The notes under the pieces are model-generated. The model was not told where the DNA came from. It saw only the letters and a list, made by a program, of their open reading frames with translations, and did no database searches. The position numbers were made by a program, and so were the translations under genes. A stretch of DNA of 64,000 nt, from positions 124,001-188,000 of the forward strand of contig MU057615.1 of the NCBI GenBank assembly GCA_013265495.1, in the 5' to 3' direction. Shown piece after piece: positions 1 through 12,602 of the stretch; the stretch's first letter is position 1; every line of letters begins with the position of its first letter. The stretch comes from Vicugna vicugna (Eukaryota).

Positions 1-104
1 GGCTTACTCACCTGCATGTGAGTGGGTTTGACGTCAACAGTGTTACAACACCCTTCCCTGCCCTCGCAGAGGATCACCACAAAGGGATTGACGGTGAGAA
101 TGCA

Positions 105-420
105 TTTTTTGACAGCTACATAGAGATGAAATTGACACAGAACATTGTGTAAGTTTAAGGTGTACAGTGTGTTAGTTTGATGTGCTTATATATTACAAAA
201 CGATCATCACCAAAGCGTTACCTAACACCTCCATCTCATCACGTAGTTACCGTCAAAAAAGATTGACTTTTTAGCAGCATTCAAGTATGGAATACGCTGT
301 TGTTAACTGTAGTCACCACGCTGTACGTTAGATCCCGAGAACTTGCTCATTTTGTAAGTCGAAGTTTGCGCCCTTTGATTCTCGGTCCATCTCCCCCAAC
401 AACCACTTTCCTCCCTGTTG
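105..420 (-). mobile_element. L1 3' UTR fragment (L1MA9-like, older)
   Basis: Matches the antisense L1 3' end pattern: aattgacacagaacattgtgtaagtttaaggtgtaca...gtagtcaccacgctgtacgttagatcccgagaact. Confidence 0.8.
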
Positions 421-1017
421 TGGTGAGAATGTATTCTGTCTCCAAGGTGTTTAAGATGGAAGGGAAAGGTCAAGAAGTACTGAGGAGATTACTTCTGGGT
501 CCCGACGAGTGTAACATTTGCTCACGCTGTGGGCTTAGGAGTGATTTTAGTGGATTCCATCTGTCATTTTAGCAGTGCTATTCGTGAGCTTAATGGAGCT
601 CCTCTTCCATTCACGAAGCAAAGCATTTCATAGCCATCTCTGCAGGAAGCAATATTCAATGTGACCATAAATTTCCTTTTCACAGAGGAAAGAAACATTC
701 TCCTTCAGTGACTGGGGGTGGCCACCCGGCCACAGCGTGAACACTTGGTGTAGGCACCAGGGCAGCCCTTCTCCCTCTCCCTGGGACCCCCCCCGCCATT
801 CCGTTCTTTCACAAAGACTGATAAGGATTTTTCTTTCATTCTCCAGGGTATGCTCACCCTCACATTTATCTAGTCACTCAGAATCAAATGTTTGATTTTT
901 CTTATTTCCACTGTCTTAATTCCATTGTCTTAAAATAATCACAACTTAGCTTACAGGCTTTTATCTTTTGAGTTAGAAATAAAAGATATATCTGAAAGTC
1001 CCCTCCTGTTGTCTTTC

Positions 1018-1155
1018 TTTTTTCTTTTTTTTAACATTTTTGGGGGGTGGGTAATTAGGTTTATTTATTTATTTTTGGAGGTGGTACTGAGGATTGAACC
1101 CAGGACCTCATGCGTGCTAAGAATGCAGCTCTACCACTGAGCTGCACCCTCCCCA
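1018..1155 (-). mobile_element. tRNA-Ala-derived SINE (Vic-1-type, camelid), long-tail form
   Basis: Reverse strand reads ggggagggtgcagctcagtggtagagc...gggttcaatcctcagtacc (A and B boxes), then an A-rich tail. TSD ctgtt(g/t)tctttc at 1006-1017 and 1156-1167. Confidence 0.9.
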
Positions 1156-1516
1156 CTGTTTTCTTTCCTACGACAGTGCCTGTTACAGCACCGGGGGGCT
1201 TTGGCTGCTGGGACACTGCCCTGCAGGTTGCAGAATGACAGCCCCCAACTAGGGGAGTGTGGAAAGGGGACTCCAAGCACTTCTCTGGGTTTGTGGGAGA
1301 ACAGCCTTACCACCGCCCAATTCTTCATTCTATCCCTTTGCTTCTAAAGTCTGAATGTGTTTACTTATAGATGAAGATTTATTGTAAAGTGAGTTTTTCA
1401 TTCCTGTCGGAGGAAAAATAGTCTCCATCAAAACACTGGGCTTGTGAGTTGTCAGGATTTTCTCTACCTTTGCAACTGTGTCCCCTCTGGAGGAATGAAG
1501 ATTAAAGGATGGTAAC

Positions 1517-2118
1517 TGTTGCAAAGTCCCAGCCTCTGTTCCCCAAATTGAAACCTGGAGGTAGAATTTTGGGTAAGACAGAGAAGAATAGCTTTACTTC
1601 CTTGCCAGACAAAGTCACAGCAGGCCGATGCCTTGACTGTGAGCCCTATTTGGGGATGGGTAGCAGGCAGTTTCACAGTGAGAGTCCAGGGGACAGAGCT
1701 TCTGATCAACATCCGTGGACGTGCAGGGGCTGCATTCTTCCCTCCCTGACACAGCTGCCGTGGCGTCAAGAAGACCTGGTGACTGGGGACAGGGCCTCCA
1801 GTTTGTGCGGCTGTCAGACCGTGTCCTCCTCCTTCTCCAGCAGGCCTTGGTCTGCTGTTTGTCTTCTGCACCAGGAGCTGACGACTCACAGCGCCAGATA
1901 TTTCCGTGCCTGGAGCAAAGGGTGCCTAAGGAGGAGGGTGAGTGCTATAAGGGAGAGAGAGAGAAACATGTGCCCTTGAGAATCAGACTAGGATGTGCTT
2001 TAGCATGAGGGAAGCCATTTGCTTCCTATTATCTGGGTACCTCAGAGAGGAGCTCCAGAAGAGGATACGGGGGAAGAGTCTGTTCCGGGAAGGCCCCACA
2101 GGGTCTTGCTGGCTCCCA
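1517..2118 (-). mobile_element. Solo ERV1-class LTR
   Basis: TG...CA termini and a perfect 4-bp TSD taac (1513-1516, 2119-2122). The ggaaggccccacagggtcttgct end motif is shared with the LTRs at 13214, 38636 and 41102. Confidence 0.85.
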
Positions 2119-2531
2119 TAACCTTCAGTCTTCCACCTAGCAGTGCCCCGGGGAGGACTGCCGTGTCCAACCCCAGTGCCCCAGGAACAGCCGGACGGAT
2201 TTTACAGCCTACCTGGTAAAACGGGTCTGGGATTGTATGTTGCACTCTGCCCACTGTGTTTTACCTACTCTGGGTCTCAGAGAAGTTCTCCACCAGAATG
2301 CGGCTCTGAGAGGGATCTGGGACTCATGGGTTACCTGTGGGGTGCTGTGAGTGGAGAGGGGGGGGTCTGGAAGCAAGAGAAACCAAGTGGCTGGAACTTC
2401 AAGGGGTCACAGAGGAGCCTGGAGGAAATGGGTGGAGGCCCAGAGCTTGTGCCTAAGGCTCTTGGCTGACTTGGTGCCCCATTTGGTGATTACCATCATT
2501 TTTGAGGATTTATTTTCTTTAGAAGTGGCCA

Positions 2532-3212
2532 TACAGTTTGGTATGTAGATTCCTCAAAAGACTAGGAATAGACTTACCATATGACCCAGTAGTCCCACTC
2601 CTGGACATATATCCAGAAGGAACCCTACTTCAGAAAGACACCTGCACCCCAATGTTCATAGCAGCAGTATTTACAGCAGCCAAGAAATGGAAACAGCCTA
2701 AATGTCCATCGACAGATGACCGGATAAAGAAGAGGTGGTATAGTTATACAATAGAATACTATTCAGCCACAAAAACCAACATAACGCCATTTGCAGCAAC
2801 ATGGATGCTCCTACAGAATGTCATTCTAAGTGAAGTAAGCCAGAAAGAGAAAGAAAAATGCCATATGAGATCGCACATATGTGGAATCTAAAAAAAAAAG
2901 AAAAGAAAAAGACAAATTAACATAATAAACAAAACAGAAACAGACTCACAGACAGAATGCTAGCTTGTGGTTGTCAGTGGGGAGGGGTGTGGGAAGGGAT
3001 AGACTGGGATTTCAAAATATAGAATAGATAAATAAGATTATACTGTATAGCGCAGTGAAATATATACAAGATCTTGTGGTAGCTCATGGTGAAAAAATAT
3101 GTGACAATGAATATATGTGTGTTCATGTATAACTGAAAAATTGTGTTCTCAACTAGAAATTGATGCAACATTGTAAACTGACTATAACTCAATAAAATAA
3201 AATTTAAATAAG
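2532..3212 (+). mobile_element. 5'-truncated young L1 (ORF2 C-terminus, 3' UTR, A-tail)
   Basis: ORF 2538-2891 (IDLPYDPVVPLLDIYP...CTPMFIAA...WKQPKCPS) is the L1 ORF2p C-terminus. aataaa and A-tail follow. TSD agaagtggcca at 2521-2531 and 3213-3223. Confidence 0.95.
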
Positions 3213-4736
3213 AGAAGTGGCCAGCGGGCAGACACAGGCACAGAGAGGGCGCCGTAGAGCAGTCAGCATGAGGAATGTGCTGTTGGGAGTGGATCCTGGA
3301 AAATCGGGCAGCAGGGTTGAAGGCCCCAGCAGAGAGGACCTCAAAGTAGCAGCTGCAGCAGCCTGAGCTGGTGGAGGGCGAGGGCAGAGCCTCAGGGAAG
3401 GGAACACGGTGCGCCAAGGTTTGGAGGCATGAGCCTTGGGGATGTTGCAAGAGATGCGTGTCAGGGCGCATGTGTGAGCTGCTCACTCCGACCCCTAGGG
3501 ATTTCAAGGATGGGGTCCAGGGTTGCCTTGGGCCCAGGTAAGATGTGCTCCCAGGGACTGAGCACACCTGGGGAGGCCGACCTGAGCCTTGCACTCCTGG
3601 TGAGCTTGGTCACAGCCACAGCAAGGCCCTGCCACTCCAGGCAGGAGGTGGGAGCGCACCAAGGACACCGCCAGCCAGGCTGGTGTTGCCACCCATGCTG
3701 ATGGAGGACAGGCGGGCTGATGAGGGGAAAGGCGCAGCTCTGGCCCCAGCGCGTGCCACGCCGCAGCGCCGTGCTAATGGGTGCCATCTGGACCCTCAGC
3801 GCTCCAGCTGGTGAATTCCCATGCCTCGGGGTGCGGCGCAGAGGACTGTGTGCTTCCATTTTTAGCTGATGTATTCTCCCAGGGAAAGCTTTCAAGTTCA
3901 TGGTGCTACAAGGCTGTTGCACCTCACCTGACTGGCAGTCGTGTGCCCTCGACCCTTGGAGAGAGGAGGACAGAAGACTGCTCACCCGATTCCTGCACCA
4001 GCATCTCCCTTATACTCTTGTTTTCTCTCGGGAAAATAGGGCCCAAGGGATGTGGCCCGGGGTGCACAGTCTCTCATGTCAGAAGAGAAAGGAAAACCCA
4101 GGCCTCTGCCTCCCCAAGGAACTTTTTATCCTTCTTTAATAAGACATCAATTCCAAAATAATAATAATAAAAAAACCAGGAAGGAAGGAAAGAAGGAAAA
4201 GACAGAAAACAAAATAAAACAGAACTGTTCCACGTAAGTTGCAAAAACATCCAAAGACCCATGAGGCAAAGATTCTAAGGGCCCCTAGGTGTTAACGTGA
4301 ATAAAAACTTGTTGACTTAACAATAAAGTATCACATTTATTAACAGAAATTAGAAAATATAGTAATCTCATAATTACTGAAGAGGTGAAAGAAATTCAAC
4401 CATGGCGATTCCTTTTACAGAAAAAACCAACTACTCGTTTCAATAATGAAATAAGGAATTTTATCAAGTATTTGTTAAAAAAAAACTTGTCCCATATCTT
4501 CTCTTGAAAAGTAAGATAAGTACTGAGAGAACTGCTGAATAATCGCAGCCTACCAAGCACGTTTTCCCTCCTGATCTTGAGATGCCGTATGTAACTCTTA
4601 TTTATAAAAAAATAATTAGGAATAAGTAATGCTCTTGTTACAAATTTTTATAATTTTAAATGCTCAAATGGATTAACTAACTTTTGCTGTTTTCACAATT
4701 AAATAGAACATTCTAGTACCAATTCAAAATCCATTG

Positions 4737-5016
4737 TATGAACTTAAATATAAAACAGAAACAGACTTATAGACATAGAATACTAACTTGTGGTTGCCCG
4801 AGGGGAGGTGGGAAGGGACAGACTGGGAGTTCGAGATTTGTAGATACTGACAGGTATATAAAGAATAGACAAACAAGATTATACAAGAGCTTGTGGTAGC
4901 TCATAGTGAAAAAGAATGTGACAATGAATATATGTATGTTCATGTATGACTGAAAAGTCATGCTCAACAGGAAATTGACACAACATTGTAAACTGACTAT
5001 ATAACACAATAAAGAA
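4737..5016 (+). mobile_element. Short young L1 3' UTR insertion
   Basis: Same 3' UTR type as 2900-3210. TSD aaaatccattg at 4726-4736 and 5017-5027. Confidence 0.92.
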
Positions 5017-6197
5017 AAAATCCATTGCAGTACAGAATTCTGAACTTGCTAAACATCAAATCTATAGAATGAATCTGAGATGCGTTATGATTAATTGCTG
5101 GGAAAGAACTACAAATCAGACTAACTAGTGTTTCTACCATTTGTTTAGTTTGTTTCCACATGCACTGACTGTCTTCTGCTGGTCAGAGTGTCATGCTGTC
5201 CCCGCGAGGAGTGTATGCGCCCAGAGTCTGGATTCAGTGGTCACCCACAGCCATTCTCCGTCCTTTGTTTTAGCTGCTACTCCTCTCACTGACTTTTTTT
5301 TTAATTGTAGAGTTTTTTTCCCCTAGAAGTACTTGTTCCACATGCAAAATGAAGCATAGGCTTTTATAACTTGTTTTACGTTTGTATAGTTTGCCTATGA
5401 TTTCTTCTAAACTATTTGCTGGGTTTTGTTTTTGCTTTTGTTTTTTGGTGAATAGGTTTCCTCTGCCTCATTTCACCCTTTAATAGTAAAGAAAATAATT
5501 CTCCTAGCCCCCTTGGAAGCTGCCATTTGAAAATGAGAAATATTTCTATTGTGATCTTATTTATTTTTACTTTTGCTAAGCCATTAAATAACTTAGCACT
5601 GTGTTTTTGTGTGTCCTAAAAGTACATTGTACAAATTACAGACCCGAACCTACCATGCTGCTGCAGCCTGTCATTAACAGCTGTAAAGTGCTGTGTAGGA
5701 GGCGAGAGAGCAGCTCACGTCTAGGCAGGTCATTGTTTTCGTCCTTTGCACAGTGAATGTAGTTTTAAAACTGTATTTTGAGTGATTGGACCAAATTTAA
5801 AACATTAAAACATCTGTGTGGGTGTGTGTGTACTTTCCTCTCAATATTAAAGGGAATTCGGAGTTAGAGAAACCTTTAATACACCTGAGCGCTCTACATG
5901 AAATATCAAATGTCCAAGGCTCACAGCCATGTTTCCATGTTACACACTAGTGTACATTTGTATGAATGTACTTAGAACTCTTAAAGTTACCCTTTTATTT
6001 TAAATGTTTTTCCGAATGTCTAATTTTTTAAAAAATCCTGCATGAAGAAAAAATTCTGTATGTTCAATAATTATATGCTCAAGAGAACAACATAATTATA
6101 GTTAAAGTAACAATAACTAGACTAAAAAGAAGACAAAATCATACAAAGCCGCAAGGCCAGGCCGCTTGGTGCCTTTGGAGGCCACCTGAGCCGCAGA

Positions 6198-7113
6198 CAG
6201 TCGTCCCTCAGGATCCCTGCGGGTTGTCCCAGGACCCCCTCTTCTGGCAGATACCGACATCTGGGGAAGCACAAATCCTTTGTATAAAATGGCATATTTT
6301 CACATAACCTATTTACATCCTCCCATTTTTTTTCATTTATTTGACATTTATTGAACACCTTTAGTATACAAATCTTTACTCCCATCTGAAAGGGTACCAC
6401 TGATGGGCCGTTATCTCTCAGAAAAAATGTATCAGTGCTCCACATTATAGAATGACCAGGAAGAAGCTCGTTCGGCTGGGCAGTTTTTATTAAGGGCCCA
6501 CTGTATGCACAGCCTCCCAGCAGGGTTAGCGGTGAAGGTGTGAGACAGAGCTCTTCTCGCTGTCTCTCCTGCCGTCCCCTTGTGCGTCGCCGGGCTGGAT
6601 GTGTATGAGGGCAGTCTGCAGGTGCTGGAAGTCACACTTTAACTGGTCAACATGAAGTCTGGCATGCTGTCTTTTGTTAGGGGGCTTCTTGCTGGACAGA
6701 ATCTCCAGACGCTCTAGATGCTGAGTATCTGGCCTATGCTTGCTTGGATTTGATTTTCTGCTAAGCGCAAAGACTGTTCTCTGCTGTCCCCAGGCATCCC
6801 GCGTGAGACTGGGTCTCGTGGACCTGCTTGTGCCCTGACTGGTACAGGGGCTCCATGTTGCTGGCCCCACCGGGTCCCGCTCTCCCATATACTTTAAACT
6901 TTAAATCATCTGTTGGTTACTTATAATGCCTAATACAATATAAATGCTAGGTAAATCGTAAATGCAGTGTCAATATTATATAAATAGGGGCCAGCATGGG
7001 ACAAATTCAAGTTTTGCTTTGGGGAACTTTCTGAATTTTTTCCCACAATATCTCCCACCTGTTGGATGGTTAAATCTGTGGGTGTGGTGCTCGTGGACAC
7101 AGACGGCTGGCTG
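6198..7113 (+). mobile_element. MER2-like TcMar-Tigger DNA transposon, split by the GOSR2 retrocopy
   Basis: Left arm cagtcgtccctc...acatcctcccat (6198-6326) and right arm atactttaaa...ggctggctg+TA (6889-7113) join to give the recalled MER2 consensus. Confidence 0.85.
6327..6881 (-). pseudogene. GOSR2: Processed pseudogene of Golgi SNARE GOSR2 (membrin): codons 1-112 plus a non-canonical 3' end
   Basis: ATG at 6856 gives [17 protein letters not shown]. Later frames give [37 protein letters not shown] and SHTFTAN, matching human GOSR2. It is intronless, has four 1-bp deletions, AATAAA signals, an A-tail at 6327-6333, and TSD ctcccat (6320-6326, 6882-6888). Confidence 0.95.
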
Positions 7114-9069
7114 TATTTTCCTTTGATTTCAGAACATTCCTTGAGGTTCACCTGCTGAAGGTGTTGTGAAATGGGAAGGAGGAAGAGGACTTTAGAGGCA
7201 GGAGAAGAGGAGGGCTTGGCCCTCTTGAAAGGAGATGTTGGACTTCAGTGAAATCAGCTGCCAGTTTGCAAATGCCATAGCTATACTTCAGGAATGTGGG
7301 GTTGAAAACCCAAATTTGGTGACTTTTTAAAAAGTATCTTTCGGCAAAGAAAGGCAGGGGCTGGTCAAGGTTGCCCTCCTAAAACGTTCCGTAATATCCA
7401 GCAGGTGGAAGTCAAAATAGGGTTTCAAGCTTATTGCCATCTTCTTTTTCAATCATTTATTTGCTTGATATGATTAGACTTTTATGTTCTGCTTGGTAGG
7501 CAGAGAATATCTAAATTGTGTTGATTCTTCCACAGTTATATAAAGAAAAGAATAATCCAATTATCTAAACTTTGTAAAACATATTACATTTTTTAAACTT
7601 AACAGAGATTCTTTCTATTTCATCAACTGATGTAAATAATAGATGGGAAAACTTTACCACTCCTCTTGTTTACCCGAGGTTTCAAGCATTTCCATACAAA
7701 AATTCAGTTTTTATGCCAATAAATAATAAAGATGACTACACGATAAATTATATTGGACCTCTTACAAGTTAGGTGAAAATAAGTTTTAATATGTGAAAAT
7801 GAGCTGTAGGAAGTAAAAGAATTTTAGATTAATTTTCTCAGGGAAAATGGAAACATCAGATTCTTTATGATAATAATTGTGGCTGGGTTAAATGAAGTAA
7901 AATCCAGTTTCATCGCAGGAGACTCTATGTCATAATTCAGTTTAACTTTGAGTTCGAAAATGGTGTTTAACCACCTGGAATATTAATCGAGTGCAGATTC
8001 TTCAAACTTAAAATAATTCATGAAGATAATAGAGAATGAATCCAATTTATGTTAAATTCAGTTGGTACTTAAATAATCCGTTTTCTTCATGTCTGTGGCC
8101 GGAAATGCAGTGGAGATGAGTGTGGTCCAAGCAGCTGGCATTTCATCTGGATCCACCTGGAGCCTCCTTCTTGCCTCACTCAGAAGCCAAGGTCTTCCCG
8201 TACATTTGCACAGGGCCACTTACCGGATGGGACTGTGGACATCGCTGGGCTGGGTCTGGGGACTAAAAGGACAGCTTGGCAGTGTGGTGGGTCAGACCCA
8301 AAAACCTGAGTACAGCACTGGTGACTCCATGCCTTGGGCATAAATTGTGGCTTCTCTTCTGCTAGACCACGTTCTAAGAGCTGAGACTAAAGGGAAGGCT
8401 CCTGAAAGTTCTGTGATCCTGACTTGACTTGGGGGCCGGAGGCAGCAGACAGAGATGAAAAGGGAAAGGCCATTACTCTCTCTTGTTTGATGACATATTT
8501 AACACAGAATACATTAGAAGTCCAAGTCATTGTCTACTAAGAGACATTTTCTTCAGGAAAATGACACAATGTATTAAATATTCCTTCATAAATAAGCTGG
8601 AGTTGTTAGGTCCGTGGAGGCTGAGCTCACTCTCTCCCCCTACATCCTGGAAGCAAGTGAGTTGACGAGAAACCTGCTTTGTCCCTTCTGATGCACTGGC
8701 CGTGGGCAAGGTGCTGCCCATCAAGAGGGACCCTGCTCTCCTGGGCAGAGCTGCAGAGAAATCACCACCGGAAGCAGCCCCTGCTCTGTGGGTATCAGTC
8801 CACTTCAGTGCCTCGACCCCTGCAGAGGGAGGGATGGGGCCTGGGCTGAGGGGGGCAGTCAGCTGTGCTGGCCTGCCTGGAAGTGCGGGGACCTGACATC
8901 GCTGACTGTACCGGTGAGATGGGGCTGCAGATGGAGCTGCTGGGTACGGGACTGTGTGTTTTTTGCTTTGCACCCACAACATGCATGTGCTAGGCTTTCC
9001 TTTTTAGAACATTCCTGGCTGTTTTATTTAGCTGAGCCTTGAGCGCAAGCATAGACAGTGGGATAGGGG

Positions 9070-9423
9070 TGTGTCTCAGCCAGCTCGTGCTGCCTGTGTG
9101 GGTACCGCAGGCTTTCACAGCTAACGTTGTGTCCCACGGTCTGGAGGCTGGACGTGCAAGATCAAGGGGCCGGCATGGTCATTGCTCTGGTGAGGACTCT
9201 TTGGTTCACAGGCAGCCACCGTCTCACTCTGTCCTCACGTAGCGGAGGGAGAGATCTCTCTTCCCCTTCATGTAGGGCACTAATCCCATCTTGGGGCAGC
9301 GCCCGCACGACCTCATGTAACCCTAATTACATCTCAAAGGCCTTAACTCCAAATACCATAATACAGGGGGTTAGAGTTTCAACAGATGACTTTTGGGAGA
9401 ACACAGTTTTTCAGCCCATAGCA
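9070..9423 (-). mobile_element. MaLR LTR (MLT1A/C-like)
   Basis: Motifs ctggaggctggacgtgcaagatcaagg, agggcactaatcccatc, ctccaaataccat and ttcagcccatagca. Confidence 0.85.
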
Positions 9424-10059
9424 GTATCCATGCATTAGTGAACCCACTTCATTAACATTTTAGTACGAAACTCACCAGACACTGGTACAATCACGAGGGA
9501 GCTTGACTCAGGATATGATAGAAAATAGGGTTAAATTTTGCCCTCATTCAAAGTTCTTATGTTTAATATAAATTTTGAAGCTATTAGACAAATGTGAAAA
9601 TACACATTCTGTGTACATTGTTATTTTGTAATTAAATGAACAAAGTTGTCTCAATTTTCAATATTGCTTTTTCCCTCTTTTTACATATTATGAACCAAGC
9701 ATGTGTAATTTGGAGAACACCTTCCAGCCCACACAGCTTTAAAGATGAATATCCCCATATCCATATTTCATTTTTCTTCCCAAATAGTCTGAGATGAAGA
9801 ATAAGGAACAAAATTTTATAATTATATCAAAAAGGAAAGAAAAGATTATTTCAAACTGGCTAACTCTATTCTGTCTAATTCCATTCTGTTTTATTGTGTC
9901 TAGTCCTGCAATATTTGGTTGATGGAATAAGGTACTGAGAAAGTATGTAACTATATAAATAGCAAAAACAAGCTTTCTGGATCCCAAGGAATGAGTGCGA
10001 TTCTCCCTGAGGAAGCATCCAACCTTGTGCCATAGCACAGCAAGAATGTGGCCTGGGGA

Positions 10060-10190
10060 CCATCTAACACCTGCCGTATCCTTACTGTATGACCTTTGGA
10101 CACATGTTAGCTTCTCTGGGGCTCAGTCTTAACATCTGTAAAATGAAAATACTTTTCCTTAGAGTTGCTAGGAGGCTTAGATATGTTAGT
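10060..10190 (+). mobile_element. MIR SINE fragment
   Basis: MIR core: ctgtatgacctttggacacatgttagcttctctggggctcagtcttaacatctgtaaaatg. Confidence 0.65.
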
Positions 10191-10197
10191 GCCTTAG

Positions 10198-10650
10198 TTT
10201 TTTTCTTTTAAATTGAAGTATGGTCAGTTTATAATGTTCTGTTAGTTTCAGGTGTACAGTGTAGTGACTCAGGGGTGTGTGTGTATATTCTTTTTCATTA
10301 TAGGCTATTACAAGATATTGAAAAAATATAGTTCCCTGTGCTGTACAGTAGGACATTGCTTTTTATCCTTTTATATATAGTAGTGTGTATCTGCAAATCC
10401 CAAACTCCCAGTTTATCCCTCCCTACCCTTTTTCCCCCGGTAACCAGAAATTTGGTTTCTATGTCTGTGAGTATGTTTCTGTTTTGCAAATAAGGTCATC
10501 TGTATCATTTTTTTAAGGTTCCACATATAAGTGATATATGGTACTTTTCTTCCTCTTTCTGGCTTACTTCAGTTACTATTGATAATCTCTGGATTCATCC
10601 ATGTTGTTGCAAATGGCATTACTTCATTTTTTTATGGCCAAGTAGTATTC

Positions 10651-10683
<33 letters not shown>

Positions 10684-12602
10684 TGTGTGTGTGTGTGTGT
10701 GTATGTGTGTGTGTATACATCACAGCTTCTTTATCCAGTCTTCTGTCCATGGACATTAAGATTGCTTCCATGTCTTGGCTATTGTGAATAGTGCTGCTAT
10801 GAACATTAGGGCACACGTATCTTTTTGAATTAAGCTTCCCTCTGGATATATGCCCAGGAGTGGGATTGGTTGGTTTATTTTTAGTTTTTTGAGGAATCTC
10901 CATACTGTTTTCCGTAACGACTGCACCAAACTGCGTTCCCTCCAGCAGTTTAGGAGGGTTCCCTTTTCTCCACAGCCTCTCCAGGATTTATCTTTGGTGG
11001 ACTTTTAAATGATGGCCATTCTGACTGGTGTGAGGTGACACCTCATCTTAGTTTTGATTTGCATTTCTCTGATAATTAGTGATATTGGGCAGTTTTTCTT
11101 GTGTCTCTTGGCCATCATATATGTCTTCATTGGAGGAAATTTTGTTTAAGTCTGCTGCCTATTTTTTGATTGGCTTTTGGTTTTTTTTTTTTATTGAGTT
11201 GTATGAGCTGTTTGTATACTCTAGAAATTAAGCCCTTATCAGTCACATTGTGTGCAAATATTTTCTCCCATTCTGTAGGTTGTCTTTTCTTTTCTTTTTT
11301 AATAGTTTCATTTGCTGTGCAAAAGCTTATACATTTAATTTGGTTCCATTTGTTTATTTTTGCTTTTATTTCTATTGCCTGGGTGGACTTCCCTAGGAGA
11401 GGACATTGCTACGATTTACATCATAGAATGTTTTGCCTGTATTTTCTTCTAGGAGGTGTATAGTGTCTTATTTTATGCTTAAGCCTTTATGCCATTTTGA
11501 GTTTAGTTTTGTGTATGGGATGAGGGAGTGCTCTTGCTTCACTGATTGACGTATGGCTGTTCAGCATTCCCAGCACCACTTGCTGGAGAGACTGCCTTCC
11601 CTCCGTTGTGTGTTCTTGCCTCCTTTGTCAAAGATTAATTGACCATAGGTGTGTGGGTTTACTTCTGGGCTCTCTATTCTGTTCCATTGGTCCATATATC
11701 TATTTTTGTGCCAATACCACACTGTTTTGATTCCTGTAGCTCTGTAGTATTGTCTGAAGTCTGGGAGGGCTATGCCTCTAGCTATTTTTTTTTTTAAGTT
11801 CAGTATTACTTTGGCAATTCTGTGTCTTTTGTGATTCCAAATAAATTTTAGGATTTCAGTTCTGTAAAAAATAATGCCCTGGGTAATTTGATAAGGATCT
11901 CATTAAATCTGTAGATTGCTTTGGGTAGTATTTTAACAATATTAATTCTTCCAGTTCAGGAGCATGGGGATATCTTTCCATTTCTTTAAATCATCTTTAA
12001 TTTCCTCAATCAATGTTTTATAACTCTTAGCGTTAAAAGTCTATCACCTCCTTGGTCAAGCTTATTCTTAAATATTTTACTTCATTATTATTCATTTTTG
12101 ATTTGATTTTCAAAGGGATTCGTTTTTCACTTTCCTTTTCTGATATTTCATCGTCAGTGCAAAGAAATGCAGCCGATTCCTGTATGTTAGTCTTGTGTCC
12201 TGCTGCCTGGCTGAATTTGTCGGCGCTAGTAGTTTTTATGAGGAGGGTTTTCTATATATAGTATCGTATCATCTGTACATAGTGATAATTCTACCTCCTA
12301 TCTTTCAGTTTAGATTCCTGATTTTCCATGGTTTTGCCTGATTGCTATGGCTAGAACTCCAATACTATGTTGAATAGAAATGGTGAGAGTGGGCATCCTT
12401 GTCTTGTTCCAGATTTTAGTGGAAAGGCTTTCAACTTGTCACTGTTGAGTATTGTGCAGGCTGTGGGTTTGTCATAAATAGCTTTTACTATGTTGAGATA
12501 TATTCTCTCTATACCCACTTTGCTAATAGTTTTTATCATGAGTGGGTGTTGAATTTGTCAAATGCTTTTTCTGCATCTATTGAGATACTCATATGATTTT
12601 TG
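10198..12602 (-). mobile_element. 5'-truncated L1 (~2.4 kb; part of RT domain to 3' UTR), degenerate
   Basis: ORF 12351-12539 (KAIYDKPTA...[26 protein letters not shown]) is L1 RT. Antisense ORF2 and 3' UTR continue to a T-tail at ~10198. Confidence 0.95.
10653..10714. repeat. (TG)n microsatellite inside L1
   Basis: About 30 TG units with few interruptions. Confidence 0.95.

Noticed and set aside
1075..1155. tRNA-Ala(AGC)-like sequences here and at 25925-26002 and 30410-30485 as tRNA genes
   Set aside because: They have A-tails and mutated stems, and two have clear TSDs, so they are SINE heads.
2974..3985. 206-aa and 174-aa minus-strand ORFs
   Set aside because: The first runs into an antisense L1 3' UTR. 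Neither resembles a protein I recognise.
4250..4470. Very old L1/L2-like remnants here and near 14390-14930, 24900-25200, 41780-42130 and 54130-54470
   Set aside because: They are too degenerate to delimit or classify reliably by eye.
5680..5696. taaagtgctg resembling the miR-106b/miR-17 family 5' end
   Set aside because: The match is only ~10 nt and no complementary hairpin arm is visible.
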